From a virus, in IMG/VR virus record IMGVR_UViG_3300045988_060146: 57,663 bases of DNA. One strand, given 5' to 3'. The notes under the pieces are model-generated. The model worked only from the letters and a program-made list of their open reading frames with translations. It ran no database searches and was not told the origin of the DNA. Position numbers and translations under genes: made by a program. Below are positions 35,716-45,324 of the stretch, one piece after another (within the stretch, counting starts at the first letter, position 1; each line of letters starts with the position of its first letter).

Positions 35716-36747
35716 TTAGTCTTTGAGCAGATAGTATGTTGTAATTAATCCAACATAACCATCTTGCTTAAGACCTCTATTCTTTTGAAATACCATGACA
35801 CATTTAGTGAGATAGTCACTCCACTCTTTGTAATCAGTATCAAGTTTGTAAAAATGGTACTTGTCATGCAGAGTTTTTCTCAGCCACTTAATGGCTGTCG
35901 GGCAGTTATGCCTCTGACCGCTCCACAAATTGTGATTTTTAGCAAATCTCTGTGAATTGGCTCCAAACTTGCCATCTTCTTTAAGCTCGTTTGTGTCAAA
36001 TCCGATGTTCATGGCATGTTGCCATTTTCTTACATCATCATTATTGAGGTAATATTCCTCATTGCCTTTCCAAGTGTTATTCTTTACTGGAGTTGCTGTC
36101 GGTGCCGAACTATTTTCTATTCCGTCACCCTTGTCAAGCTCAACATAGAGTAAGTTAGCGTCAGTACTGTTATTCAGACCGCTACAAGTAAACGCACTTG
36201 AATACTGCCAGCCATACAGAGAATGTTGAATAACAGGCTTCTTTGCGCTATTAGGCTCATCACCAATAGACATTCCCTTAGTTGATGGATAGCGTGCAAT
36301 CCAAAATGGACAATTAATCTGATTTGCGTATGGTGCAATGTACTGATTATAAAAGCTAAGCCCTGTGTATACACCAAAGTTAAGCCCAGCACTCTTGATA
36401 ACACTCTGATATGTGTTGATAATATCAATAAGTGTCTGTCCAAGTCCTTGCTGGCACTTATCTTCAACATCTAACCAAACAAAGGTTTTCCGTCCGTTAA
36501 GTGTCTGAATGACCTTATTTGCGTCTGTCTTTGCTTTCTCTACTGTTGTAGCGTATGAGTAGTTGTAAACACCTTGTATTGGCATTCCTACATCAGTACA
36601 GCCTTTCCAGTTTTGCTCAAAGGTTTTATCCGGATTAAGGTCTTTGCGGATTATTTTTAGGATTGCAAATTGCACTCCGGCCCACTTAACCTTGCTCCAA
36701 TCAATATTTCCTTGATATGACGATACGTCAATTCCTTTATATGCCAT
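35716..36747 (-). CDS. Endolysin: GH25 muramidase plus C-terminal PG_binding_1 repeats
   Basis: MAYKGIDVSSYQGNIDWSKVK..VQFAILK (GH25). C-terminus FQKNRGLKQDGYVGLITTYYLL (PG-binding). Confidence 0.88.
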   Translation of the reverse strand: MAYKGIDVSSYQGNIDWSKVKWAGVQFAILKIIRKDLNPDKTFEQNWKGCTDVGMPIQGVYNYSYATTVEKAKTDANKVIQTLNGRKTFVWLDVEDKCQQGLGQTLIDIINTYQSVIKSAGLNFGVYTGLSFYNQYIAPYANQINCPFWIARYPSTKGMSIGDEPNSAKKPVIQHSLYGWQYSSAFTCSGLNNSTDANLLYVELDKGDGIENSSAPTATPVKNNTWKGNEEYYLNNDDVRKWQHAMNIGFDTNELKEDGKFGANSQRFAKNHNLWSGQRHNCPTAIKWLRKTLHDKYHFYKLDTDYKEWSDYLTKCVMVFQKNRGLKQDGYVGLITTYYLLKD

Positions 36748-36759
36748 ATTTTCACCTCA

Positions 36760-37137
36760 TTAATCAGGACTTTCAGGTAATCCTGATTGTCTTAATGCGT
36801 TAATTCGTTGCTTCATCTCATAAACGGCAATTTCCTCATTAGACTCCTTGTATTTAGGCTCGTTATCTTTTGAGTATTGCTCGCTTAATGATTTTTCAAT
36901 GTATTTCGCTCTTGCTTTGTTGTTATTTAAAGCTCTGTCAATTGCTGTAAGAGTTGCGCTCAATCCGTATGTGCCCCACCAAGCCCACATGTTGGAGTCA
37001 GCTTCTTTTTGTTCAAGCATATAAGCCTTTGAATAAGGCTCTAAATCAGCCGGACAAGACATATCTATGTCCTCAACGCTAAATCCATAGCCTTTAGTTG
37101 CTAAAAGCCAATATGGGCGGATTTCGTTACAATACAC
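36760..37137 (-). CDS. Tail assembly chaperone, -1 frame (gpT-like) segment
   Basis: The frame is open upstream to the slip site at 37212..37218 and lacks a good start codon of its own. Confidence 0.5.
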   Translation of the reverse strand: MYCNEIRPYWLLATKGYGFSVEDIDMSCPADLEPYSKAYMLEQKEADSNMWAWWGTYGLSATLTAIDRALNNNKARAKYIEKSLSEQYSKDNEPKYKESNEEIAVYEMKQRINALRQSGLPESPD

Positions 37138-37154
37138 TTCCCATGTAAGCTCTT

Positions 37155-37559
37155 TTACTTCTTGATTGGTTTCTTCTTGGCTGTCTGTACCTCTTTCGCC
37201 AACATCTTGGATAAAAAACTGTTTTTCTCCATTTCCGCAGACAAGTCATTATAGAGTGATTGTAAATCTCCGCCCTCTTCATTCTCCGGGTCAAGGTAAT
37301 CGTCAAGTAAATCGTATACCTTTACAAGCTGTTTCTCTTTTGCTTCTTTATTGTCAAAATCAAAGCCAAATTCGTCAGCGTGGAATTTTTGTAAACCTAC
37401 GAGCAAAAACTCCGGCAGAAACTCAAGCATGTTGTCAATGACTTCAAGCCCCTCACCCTGTTGCTCCATTCCTACGAGTCTTGGAATAATTTTATTTTTA
37501 ACTACCGGTGCATATCCGAATTTAACTGTATACTCTTTTCCATTTAATTTAATTTTCAT
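37155..37559 (-). CDS. Tail assembly chaperone (gpG-like)
   Basis: 134 aa, acidic, immediately after the major tail gene. Confidence 0.55.
   Translation of the reverse strand: MKIKLNGKEYTVKFGYAPVVKNKIIPRLVGMEQQGEGLEVIDNMLEFLPEFLLVGLQKFHADEFGFDFDNKEAKEKQLVKVYDLLDDYLDPENEEGGDLQSLYNDLSAEMEKNSFLSKMLAKEVQTAKKKPIKK
37212..37218 (-). promoter_or_regulatory. -1 programmed frameshift slippery heptamer T_TTT_TTA
   Basis: AGT TTT TTA in the 0 frame. A -1 slip reads through into ORF 36760..37137. Confidence 0.5.
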
Positions 37560-37596
37560 TTTATCTTTCCCTTTCTCCCTAATTTATATAGGGAAA

Positions 37597-37618
37597 GAGG
37601 CAGTATTAAAACTGCCTC
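37597..37618 (-). terminator. Hairpin after the major tail gene (possible partial terminator)
   Basis: GAGGCAG-8 nt-CTGCCTC followed on the minus strand by UUUCCC. Confidence 0.4.
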
Positions 37619-37702
37619 AATTACCTTACTATATTGTATCTTCAAGTTCGCTGTCAGCCGTGCTATCATCATAGCCAACCGCTACGGCTTTTTCCGATTG
37701 GC

Positions 37703-38203
37703 TCACCCTTTTTTTGTGAGTGTGATTGATGTAGGATAGCCTTGGTCATCCTCTGTTACCGCAACCTCGTAGTTATCCTCAATCCACTTAGGTACTGTCT
37801 GAACTGATACAGTCGCAGTTCCTGTTAAGTGGTCATCGGAAGCCTCACCTGGGGCGAATGATTCTTGTCCGATAAAAGCACAGATACCCTCTGAACCTTT
37901 TCCGTCTGTACCATAGAGAATGATAAAATCGAGCTTCTTACCCTCGTTAGTTACCATCTCGTCTTTGTACTTCTTCTCGAAAGCTCCCTCAACTTCCATG
38001 GAGCCGGCTGAACGTCTGCCCATTTCCTGTGTTTCTACTAAATCTTCAAGAGTTGAAGTATCTACCATGTTCTGTGAACCGAATGGTGAGGGAATTGATT
38101 TTGCCCTTATTAAGAGCTTGTAAGTTCCAGCCCAGTAATCGCCACTTGTGGCGGATGCGGTTGGTGTCTTGTAAGCAATTCTACTTTTTAAACCTGTTGC
38201 CAT
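37703..38203 (-). CDS. Major tail protein
   Basis: 166 aa. Position upstream of the chaperone pair; strong RBS. Confidence 0.6.
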   Translation of the reverse strand: MATGLKSRIAYKTPTASATSGDYWAGTYKLLIRAKSIPSPFGSQNMVDTSTLEDLVETQEMGRRSAGSMEVEGAFEKKYKDEMVTNEGKKLDFIILYGTDGKGSEGICAFIGQESFAPGEASDDHLTGTATVSVQTVPKWIEDNYEVAVTEDDQGYPTSITLTKKG

Positions 38204-38251
38204 TTTTGTTACCTCCTAATTTTTCATAAAAAAATAAGAGCCAAAAGGCTC

Positions 38252-38668
38252 TTATAATCTATCATTCCAGTCGAATGACCGCCTAGCACGTAATGTTGCT
38301 GTCCATAATTTGCCGTTCTTCCTAGCGAATGGGATTGTTGTCAGCTTGAATGACATAGCTTTGTATTCATTAGCCACTGTCTGCGCCACATTCAAAGCTT
38401 CTGAACGGCTTTTATTCGTTGTAACAATTACTTGTGCCGTAAATAACACTGTATTTATTCTTTCACACTCTAAATCCTCATTCTGTTCAATAGGTTCGAG
38501 TGCTTGAACTAGCACTGTCGGGAAACTAGCCGCTGCACTGTCCGACTGTTCCTCTTGCGTGAATTTTAGCTTGGGATATTTAGTTTTCAATTTTTTCTCA
38601 CATCGTGTTTTCACAATCGCATATGTGAGATTTTCAAGGTCATAAACCCATTGATTTTGACTCGCCAC
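38252..38668 (-). CDS. Tail completion/terminator-position protein
   Basis: 138 aa. Function assigned by position only. Confidence 0.4.
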   Translation of the reverse strand: MASQNQWVYDLENLTYAIVKTRCEKKLKTKYPKLKFTQEEQSDSAAASFPTVLVQALEPIEQNEDLECERINTVLFTAQVIVTTNKSRSEALNVAQTVANEYKAMSFKLTTIPFARKNGKLWTATLRARRSFDWNDRL

Positions 38669-38679
38669 TTTATCTCACC

Positions 38680-39213
38680 TCAACTAAAATTTTTCCGTGC
38701 CGTTCTCATAATGTCATTTTCCATTTTTAAAAATGCACGATACATCGGCATTGTAGGTGTAATGCCGTATGAATGGTGTAATTCTCCGCTTTCGTCTCTC
38801 CAATACCAACCCTCACTATCGAATGCGTGTGTCTGTCCCGGGAAAGTGCCCTGACCGCCCCTTGCGTCATTGAAATGTGGTTTAGCTTTCCAGCCTGAGC
38901 CGTATTCAGCCATAAGCAAAGGCGATACATCAACTGTTTTAAGTCCATCTGCCGTCTGCCATGTACTTTGTATCTGCCCTGTTTCGGTAGCAAGCACAAT
39001 AGCCGTACAGCCGTTTGTTGTATCTTTAATTTCGTAACTAAATGTAATATAGTGCCCAAAATTGCCTGTATTTGCTCGTGCTACGGCTATACCATTACTA
39101 GCAAGTTCTCCGACAAACGCTATGCACTTGTCCTGTAAGCGGTCTTTGTATCTTTCAAGCTTGTCTATCGCATCTTGTATAGATTTTTCTGTCAGGGAAA
39201 CGTCAATCTTCAT
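38680..39213 (-). CDS. Head-tail joining protein (HK97 gp10-like position)
   Basis: 177 aa. Position, plus an N-terminal helical segment KSIQDAIDKLERYKDRL. Confidence 0.4.
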   Translation of the reverse strand: MKIDVSLTEKSIQDAIDKLERYKDRLQDKCIAFVGELASNGIAVARANTGNFGHYITFSYEIKDTTNGCTAIVLATETGQIQSTWQTADGLKTVDVSPLLMAEYGSGWKAKPHFNDARGGQGTFPGQTHAFDSEGWYWRDESGELHHSYGITPTMPMYRAFLKMENDIMRTARKNFS

Positions 39214-39215
39214 AA

Positions 39216-39641
39216 TTACACTTCTTTCACAACTGCTTTCAACATGTATTTAACTGAGTAGAGAGAGGGTTTTACTCCTACTATTGTAAAGTCTGCGGAA
39301 GTCGAATCAACTAATCCGTTTTCATCCTTTGTAGGCTCGCTATCAAGCCAAATAACGTCACCTTTTTTAAAAGGGTATTCTCCTCTGTCTGTTAGCAAAA
39401 CAGCATCAAAATCAGCCGTATTAAAGCCATATTCCTTGTTCTGCGCTTCTCCTCCGTCAAACGATATATTTGCCCGAAAATCAACAGGCTCTGAAAAGCC
39501 TGTTTCTTCATGGGTGTAATATATCTTCTCTCCGTCCTCTGTCTCATAAAACTTTAGATTTCCGTCCTCGTCTTTTTCATAGACTGTGACAGTTTGACCT
39601 TGAAGCGCGTATTTCATGGCCTGCTTATTGATGTCAAGCAT
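39216..39641 (-). CDS. Head closure/adaptor-position protein
   Basis: 141 aa. Function assigned by position only. Confidence 0.4.
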   Translation of the reverse strand: MLDINKQAMKYALQGQTVTVYEKDEDGNLKFYETEDGEKIYYTHEETGFSEPVDFRANISFDGGEAQNKEYGFNTADFDAVLLTDRGEYPFKKGDVIWLDSEPTKDENGLVDSTSADFTIVGVKPSLYSVKYMLKAVVKEV

Positions 39642-39903
39642 TTTTCTTTATCTGCTTGTAAATCTGATTAACACCGGTACTTGCCATGCCCGACACAATG
39701 CCAACTGCTATTGCGTCAAGAATGTTGTCCGCCGGATAACCGGGAATTACAAACATTCCAACAATACCGAGTACTCCACCGGCTACACCTACGATAATAG
39801 GAATAATATTATCTTTAACCTGTGGTATCTGCTTTGAAGCATATCCGATTAAATAAGTAATTACCATAATGGCAACTACTGTAGGTACTTGTGTAAAGTC
39901 CAT
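39634..39903 (-). CDS. Holin (Listeria Hol118-like)
   Basis: 89 aa with 3 hydrophobic segments and a charged tail: ...KQIPQVKDNIIPIIVGVAGGVLGIV...GIVSGMASTGVNQIYKQIKKN. Confidence 0.7.
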   Translation of the reverse strand: MDFTQVPTVVAIMVITYLIGYASKQIPQVKDNIIPIIVGVAGGVLGIVGMFVIPGYPADNILDAIAVGIVSGMASTGVNQIYKQIKKNA

Positions 39904-40274
39904 CAGTTTTTACCTCCTTTGCCTAAATGGATTTCCTCAATCTCATTTTTCATTTTTGTTACCATACCATTACCACCGAGTGCGTGGTATGCGTCATACA
40001 TCTCGCAAAAATTCTGATACGCATACGAGGGAATTTCGCCAAGCTTCATGTACTTATCATGGTATTCGATAAGCTGTACTCGTAAAAGTAGCATTGTACC
40101 TTTTCCGTTTGCTTGTCGTAGCTTCTTTTCCTCTTCAATGCGTTCATTTCTTTCTTTTGTGTCTATTGCTTTTTGCTTTTTCTGCTCTTGTAAAAGCCAA
40201 ACAATATAACCCAAAAGTGCTGTCAGGACAATTGGCAAGGCAATAATGTATGTCTGATAGATTAAATTATTCAT
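39903..40274 (-). CDS. N-terminally anchored membrane protein (possible holin partner)
   Basis: TM segment IIALPIVLTALLGYIVWLL followed by a charged helix. TGATG-coupled to the holin gene. Confidence 0.45.
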   Translation of the reverse strand: MNNLIYQTYIIALPIVLTALLGYIVWLLQEQKKQKAIDTKERNERIEEEKKLRQANGKGTMLLLRVQLIEYHDKYMKLGEIPSYAYQNFCEMYDAYHALGGNGMVTKMKNEIEEIHLGKGGKN

Positions 40275-40414
40275 CTTACAGCCTTTCGTCTTTGGTAATT
40301 GGCACACCGCCCACCACCACTTAATGTGTACCGCCTGCTACCACTTTACCGACATCAGTAAAATGGTAACGCACAATCTTCTTATCTTTTTATATAATGC
40401 CCTATAGGCAAGAT

Positions 40415-40792
40415 TTATAGCACTTTGACAAAAGGGAAAACTCCGACAAACAGCTTATCTCTGTCTTTCCATGTACGGCTCACACCGCCCTCGCTTAATG
40501 CGCTCATGTAGTTTTCACCGGCTTGTGAATGGTCGTAGACAGCAAGATTGATAACGACATTCTCAAACTGCTTTAAATCGGCAGTTATATCATCATCAGT
40601 GAAAGTGTCCGGATAGCACCTTTTTGCTTTTACATCTTCCGTGGCTTGTTTAATGAGCTGTTCAATGAGTGGGTTATCTTCCTTTTTATCGAACACAACC
40701 ACATCAGATGTTGTATCATCATCGTTTGTGACAGTTTCGATATGAAATTGTTTGAGTCTGATTTTGACTTGCTCTAATGTGGTGTATTCCAT
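40415..40792 (-). CDS. Head-tail connector (gp6-like)
   Basis: MEYTTLEQVKIRLKQ...IEQLIKQATEDVK matches the Phage_connect_1 pattern. Confidence 0.6.
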   Translation of the reverse strand: MEYTTLEQVKIRLKQFHIETVTNDDDTTSDVVVFDKKEDNPLIEQLIKQATEDVKAKRCYPDTFTDDDITADLKQFENVVINLAVYDHSQAGENYMSALSEGGVSRTWKDRDKLFVGVFPFVKVL

Positions 40793-40802
40793 GCTAAGCT
40801 CC

Positions 40803-41054
40803 TTATAATCCAAACTTTTCAATTAACATTTTCTTCAAGTCGCTGCCATTTATTTCTGTGGCATTTTCAATACCATTTTCGCTCGCAAGCTTCTTTAGGT
40901 CTGCTGTTGACATTCTGTTAATTTCCGTCTTTGTGTATGGTGTTTCAGGTGGGTCTATAAAATCAGAAGGCACCGAATTGCTATTGCTTTCCGGCACCTC
41001 ATCTCCGACTTTATACCACACTCCATCATGCTTTATAGAGTGCGTTGCTATCAT
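40803..41054 (-). CDS. Small protein with a HeH/SAP-like C-terminus
   Basis: TADLKKLASENGIE...GSDLKKMLIEKFGL. Confidence 0.45.
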   Translation of the reverse strand: MIATHSIKHDGVWYKVGDEVPESNSNSVPSDFIDPPETPYTKTEINRMSTADLKKLASENGIENATEINGSDLKKMLIEKFGL

Positions 41055-41059
41055 AAGCC

Positions 41060-42154
41060 CTAATCCTCCTTAACTTTGAGAACCATAACGCTATCCATAC
41101 CCTCAAATGTAGGTAATCCAATCATAGATACGATACAGTGAGTATTGATAGGATGGTTTGTAGCGTATGTGTATACAGATACACCGGTCTCAACAAGTGA
41201 GAGGTTTCCGTCTGTGATACTTCCGCTTCTTTCCTCTGGTGTCTTACCGAATGTGTAATCGCCAAGGAATACTCCGGCAGACTGTGCAGATACAATGCCT
41301 GTTGGTACAAAGTACTGTGTCTGTCCTGTCTCATCAACATAGAGCTTGTCGTAAACTTCAATCTCAATGCCATAGCCTTTCAGATAATCAACAACCTGTC
41401 CTTGCTGTAATCTGATACCGCCATTGTAAGCAGTGATACCGAGTACCTGTTTCTTTGTATCTTCTGCGTTAAGTACCATTTCCCATGTCTCTGTGTTCAT
41501 GGTAAAACGAGTGAGAGAATATCCTGTTGCCTTTGAAAACTCTCTCTTTGCCCTAATAAGGTCGTCAAGTGGTGTGGCTGTAGCCGACTTGTCCCATGCG
41601 CTTGTGCCTGTAAAAGTCTTGTAATGGCTTGCTGTATGCTCTGATTTCTCGTTATCTGAAAGGTAATCAATGTAATATGGCTTTTTGTCAATAGTTACCT
41701 TTATTCTTGGAACACCATCTGTAGGTGCAAGTAACTGCCAAATCTGTCTCTCCGGCACAACTAATGCGCCCTCGATAAGGTTCATTGGTTTCTTTGAGAT
41801 TTCACGTAATACATTATTGGCAAGGCTAGAGTTTTCAGAAGTTCTGTAATTGTCATACTCCTGTTCCTCTTTCTCCGTTACCATATAAGACTCACGATAA
41901 AATGGCATTGAGTTCTGAATGTCAGAGAAACCTCCAACATCTCTTAACTCTGCCTGTGCATCAAAGTTTGAAGCTTTGAGTGATACCGGCAGTCCGTTCT
42001 TGCCCTTGATAAATCTAAGGTCGAGCGAGTCCTGTTTACGTGTTCCAAATTTTTGTCTGCCAAGATAAGGGGCAGTTCCTAATGTTTTCTGATAATTGTT
42101 CCACATTACACCGAGGCTTCTCGCTGTAAATGCTTCTGCTAATGGTAATGCCAT
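41060..42154 (-). CDS. Major capsid protein (lambda gpE-like family)
   Basis: 364 aa, after the scaffold and a small decoration-like gene. Family assigned by recall. Confidence 0.8.
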   Translation of the reverse strand: MALPLAEAFTARSLGVMWNNYQKTLGTAPYLGRQKFGTRKQDSLDLRFIKGKNGLPVSLKASNFDAQAELRDVGGFSDIQNSMPFYRESYMVTEKEEQEYDNYRTSENSSLANNVLREISKKPMNLIEGALVVPERQIWQLLAPTDGVPRIKVTIDKKPYYIDYLSDNEKSEHTASHYKTFTGTSAWDKSATATPLDDLIRAKREFSKATGYSLTRFTMNTETWEMVLNAEDTKKQVLGITAYNGGIRLQQGQVVDYLKGYGIEIEVYDKLYVDETGQTQYFVPTGIVSAQSAGVFLGDYTFGKTPEERSGSITDGNLSLVETGVSVYTYATNHPINTHCIVSMIGLPTFEGMDSVMVLKVKED

Positions 42155-42170
42155 GTTCTTCTACCTCCTT

Positions 42171-42521
42171 TTAGACCTGACTTGCTACAATCTTTGGCGC
42201 ACCATAGAAAGTAACTCTAGGTGTTGCAGTTCTAGCTTCATCTGCGATTGAAAGTGACTTAACTTTCTCCCAATCAATAGTTCCCTGATATACATATGTT
42301 CCAGGTGCGTCACCCATTGTTACATCTACATCGTGTAACAGATAACCCTTACACTCTGCGTCATTGCTTGGGAATGGTGTACCGGCTGGTACAATCTTCA
42401 TTCCGTTTGTGTCTGCGCTTGTTACCATAGTCTGTGGTACAAGGCACGCTGCACCCTCATAAGGGAAAAATTTTAAAATTCCTTTACCCTGTGTAAAGTC
42501 TCTTACGATTGGCTTTCCCAT
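42171..42521 (-). CDS. Possible head decoration protein
   Basis: 116 aa, directly upstream of the capsid gene. Confidence 0.4.
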   Translation of the reverse strand: MGKPIVRDFTQGKGILKFFPYEGAACLVPQTMVTSADTNGMKIVPAGTPFPSNDAECKGYLLHDVDVTMGDAPGTYVYQGTIDWEKVKSLSIADEARTATPRVTFYGAPKIVASQV

Positions 42522-42537
42522 CGTTCTACCTCCTGTT

Positions 42538-43092
42538 TTAAATTACATAGCTGTTTTGACTTTCAGCACTTGCAACTGTACCGAATGAGATTTGTTCTGC
42601 ATTGGCTACATCTGCTGGCTTTGAGTCGGGTTCATTATTGTTACCGCCATTGTTTGGATTAGGAGTATTGTTGAGAGCATTTTTCTCATACTCCGCTATC
42701 GCATTGGCTTTCATGTCGGAAATAATCTTGCCAAGTGATGTTGTGTCAAAAGAGCCGTCCTCTTTTACTACTGTCTTTGCCTGTTCTGCAGTAATGCCAA
42801 AATCAGACATTGCGCTCTCTCGTAAATCTCTGACAGCATTATCTTTCTGTAGCTTGGCAATCTGCTGATTGGCTGTCTCTAAGGCTTTATTTGCCTTTTC
42901 AAGCTCCGTCATGTTGCCCGACTGTAGCTCATCAAGCTGTGTCTGTAGCTCGTCAGCTTTGTCGGCTTTAGCCTTATACTGATTGGTTTTCTCTTTCTCT
43001 CTTGCCATTTCCTCACCGCTCTTGTTGAGCAGATTTGTTATCTGCTCATCCGTTGCGTCCGGAAAAAGCTTCAAAACATCATTTCTTGTCAT
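42538..43092 (-). CDS. Scaffolding protein
   Basis: 184 aa. Coiled coil (QLDELQSGNMTELEKANKALETANQQIAKLQ) and an Asn/Gly-rich linker. Confidence 0.7.
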   Translation of the reverse strand: MTRNDVLKLFPDATDEQITNLLNKSGEEMAREKEKTNQYKAKADKADELQTQLDELQSGNMTELEKANKALETANQQIAKLQKDNAVRDLRESAMSDFGITAEQAKTVVKEDGSFDTTSLGKIISDMKANAIAEYEKNALNNTPNPNNGGNNNEPDSKPADVANAEQISFGTVASAESQNSYVI

Positions 43093-43225
43093 TTCAATTA
43101 CCTCCGTAACTCACGCTTTTGTTATCGCTGGTCGCACCAGCCGAGTTTTTCTGTTGTTTAACGCACAACTGCAAATTTTTTGTATAATAAAAAGCAACCT
43201 ATAAGTTTTCCTTACAAGTTGCTCA

Positions 43226-43852
43226 TTATTTGTAATATTTAAGACTGCATCTACACCCTGCTATTTCTTTTACTTGTGCCCCTAAAGAGTGGTCTTTGGG
43301 AAACATCATCAGTGAATTTCCAACTTCAAACGGCTCAAAAATATCAATCCTCTTTCTGTCAACATTCGCATGTGTAGGTCTGACATGTGAATCCTCTTTT
43401 GAGCGCCACTCTTTTGTTTTGTAACCTTGTTTCACCATATCAGTTTGCAATCTGTAATTGCCGACTGCATTAGCTTCATTCGCAGCTACATTTTTTGCTC
43501 GCTTTTGCGAAGTAAAATACTCTACTTCAGTATTTTGTGTGGTAGCGTCAACTACCTCATTCACAATGTACCTGGCATAATCCGTAATATATGAGGGTGT
43601 CCTCTTGACCTTACAATACTGTGTGGCAATGCTCTCATATCTGATGATAAATTCTTTGGTGATAGTTGTTATCTCTGTTTCTTCCTTGCCGGATAACAAG
43701 GCAAATAGCATAACAAAGATTTTTTCAAACTTTTCAGCAAGCTTTTTTCTATCTTCCTTTTCCTTGTCAGATAAATCCATCTCACCAAAATATGTGTCAT
43801 AATCTATGTCTTGTATTTCATTTTTGTTAAGTGCGTGGATTTCGTCTGCCAT
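43226..43852 (-). CDS. Head morphogenesis protein (SPP1 gp7 family)
   Basis: WRSKEDSHVRPTHANVDRK...FPKDHSLGAQVKEIAGCRCS. Confidence 0.85.
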   Translation of the reverse strand: MADEIHALNKNEIQDIDYDTYFGEMDLSDKEKEDRKKLAEKFEKIFVMLFALLSGKEETEITTITKEFIIRYESIATQYCKVKRTPSYITDYARYIVNEVVDATTQNTEVEYFTSQKRAKNVAANEANAVGNYRLQTDMVKQGYKTKEWRSKEDSHVRPTHANVDRKRIDIFEPFEVGNSLMMFPKDHSLGAQVKEIAGCRCSLKYYK

Positions 43853-43881
43853 ATCAAGCTCCAAAATAAATTGATAGCCAA

Positions 43882-45324
43882 TTATTCATCGGCTGTCTTT
43901 CCATTGTTATTATTGTTAGGTGTAGCTGTTGTCGGCTGTTCTTCCGGGAATAGCATTTCCATGCGCTTAGCGCTTTCAAGTGTGACTTGTTCAGGGTCAC
44001 TAAACATGTCAATCGTCTTGACAGCTCTTTTGTAATTGATACCGCACCTAAGTAATATTTCAAGCACTTCTGCTTTAACAAGCATGTTATCTAGCTTATT
44101 ATGATTAATGTGTATCTCAACATCACTAGGCATAAGCGTAAAGCCCTTATTAATTCTCAGCCTGTTAAGAATAAGCCTAAGTGCCATTCTCTCTGATTTC
44201 TTAAGGATAGGCTCATTAATAGCCGTTCTAAGTCCGGCATCGTAATGTCCGTTTCTCAATTCTACGGCAGAACCGGTGTCACCGCCTGTGTTGCCCTGAC
44301 GATTTGCGAGACCTTGAATACTTAAAAATCTTTCAAAAAGGTCAGTGAAAACTACTTGCCCCTCTGTCTGATTAAGTTCGCTTGTCATTACATCAACATC
44401 AGCCTTGTTGTCTGAACCATTGTTAGATTTAACCACCAATGCTCCCTCTTGTCGCATTTTTCTGAATGTATCTATATCAATCTCGCAATTAACAAACTTC
44501 ACCCATGCAGACACAAATTGCTCGACTCCATTGATTCTGTCCGATGTAAGCACGTTAATAGCGTCTGTAATCGCAATAGTCATTTCAATGTCAGATAATC
44601 GTCTTGCATTGTTTGGATATTCAATCACCGGAATTGCTCTGTTGCCGTTTATTCCACTTGCATAAATCTTGTCGTTGCGAATATCAAACCACTCATTATC
44701 AGTGAACACATAATATATGTTCGCTCCGTTCTCATCCTCTCCGATTTGACAAGAGAATGCCGGACGGCCGTTTGAGTAGTATACTACGAACGTATACATT
44801 GGATTTTCAGACGATAAATAAAAATCGCTTTCATCGAGCAACTGTCCTTGTCCGTCATCATTGCCGATGAATCTGTAGCCGGTACCGCATATGCTTCTCC
44901 AACGATGTATGTCTATATCACACTCCTGTTTGCTCTCTGAATCCATTGTGATATTAAGCTGTGTGATTTCCTCCGACTTGTGGTTATCAGTGCCACGCAG
45001 CACATATTGGATTGGCTCGGCACACATCTCTGCGGTCTTGCGCTCAACAAGCTCATATGCAAGATTTACAGCAATCTTGTTATTGATTTCCGGGCGGTTC
45101 ACTTTTTGCCGATACAAAATTGGTTGGTCGCCACGATAGTATCTGTCAAGATACTCAATCTCAATAGCGTTTTGCTCGTGAATCACAAGTGCTTTATTCA
45201 GTTCTTCGATTATGTTGTTTTTTGTGATTTGCCTTTTACGTGTGAAAATAACTTGTCTGCCGTAATTATTCTGACAGACAGCCGAAAAAGGTCTTACATT
45301 TTTATGAGCATATCTATACATCAA
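43882..45324 (-). CDS. Portal protein (SPP1 gp6-like)
   Basis: 480 aa. Placed between terL and the gp7-like gene. Confidence 0.85.
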   Translation of the reverse strand: MMYRYAHKNVRPFSAVCQNNYGRQVIFTRKRQITKNNIIEELNKALVIHEQNAIEIEYLDRYYRGDQPILYRQKVNRPEINNKIAVNLAYELVERKTAEMCAEPIQYVLRGTDNHKSEEITQLNITMDSESKQECDIDIHRWRSICGTGYRFIGNDDGQGQLLDESDFYLSSENPMYTFVVYYSNGRPAFSCQIGEDENGANIYYVFTDNEWFDIRNDKIYASGINGNRAIPVIEYPNNARRLSDIEMTIAITDAINVLTSDRINGVEQFVSAWVKFVNCEIDIDTFRKMRQEGALVVKSNNGSDNKADVDVMTSELNQTEGQVVFTDLFERFLSIQGLANRQGNTGGDTGSAVELRNGHYDAGLRTAINEPILKKSERMALRLILNRLRINKGFTLMPSDVEIHINHNKLDNMLVKAEVLEILLRCGINYKRAVKTIDMFSDPEQVTLESAKRMEMLFPEEQPTTATPNNNNNGKTADE

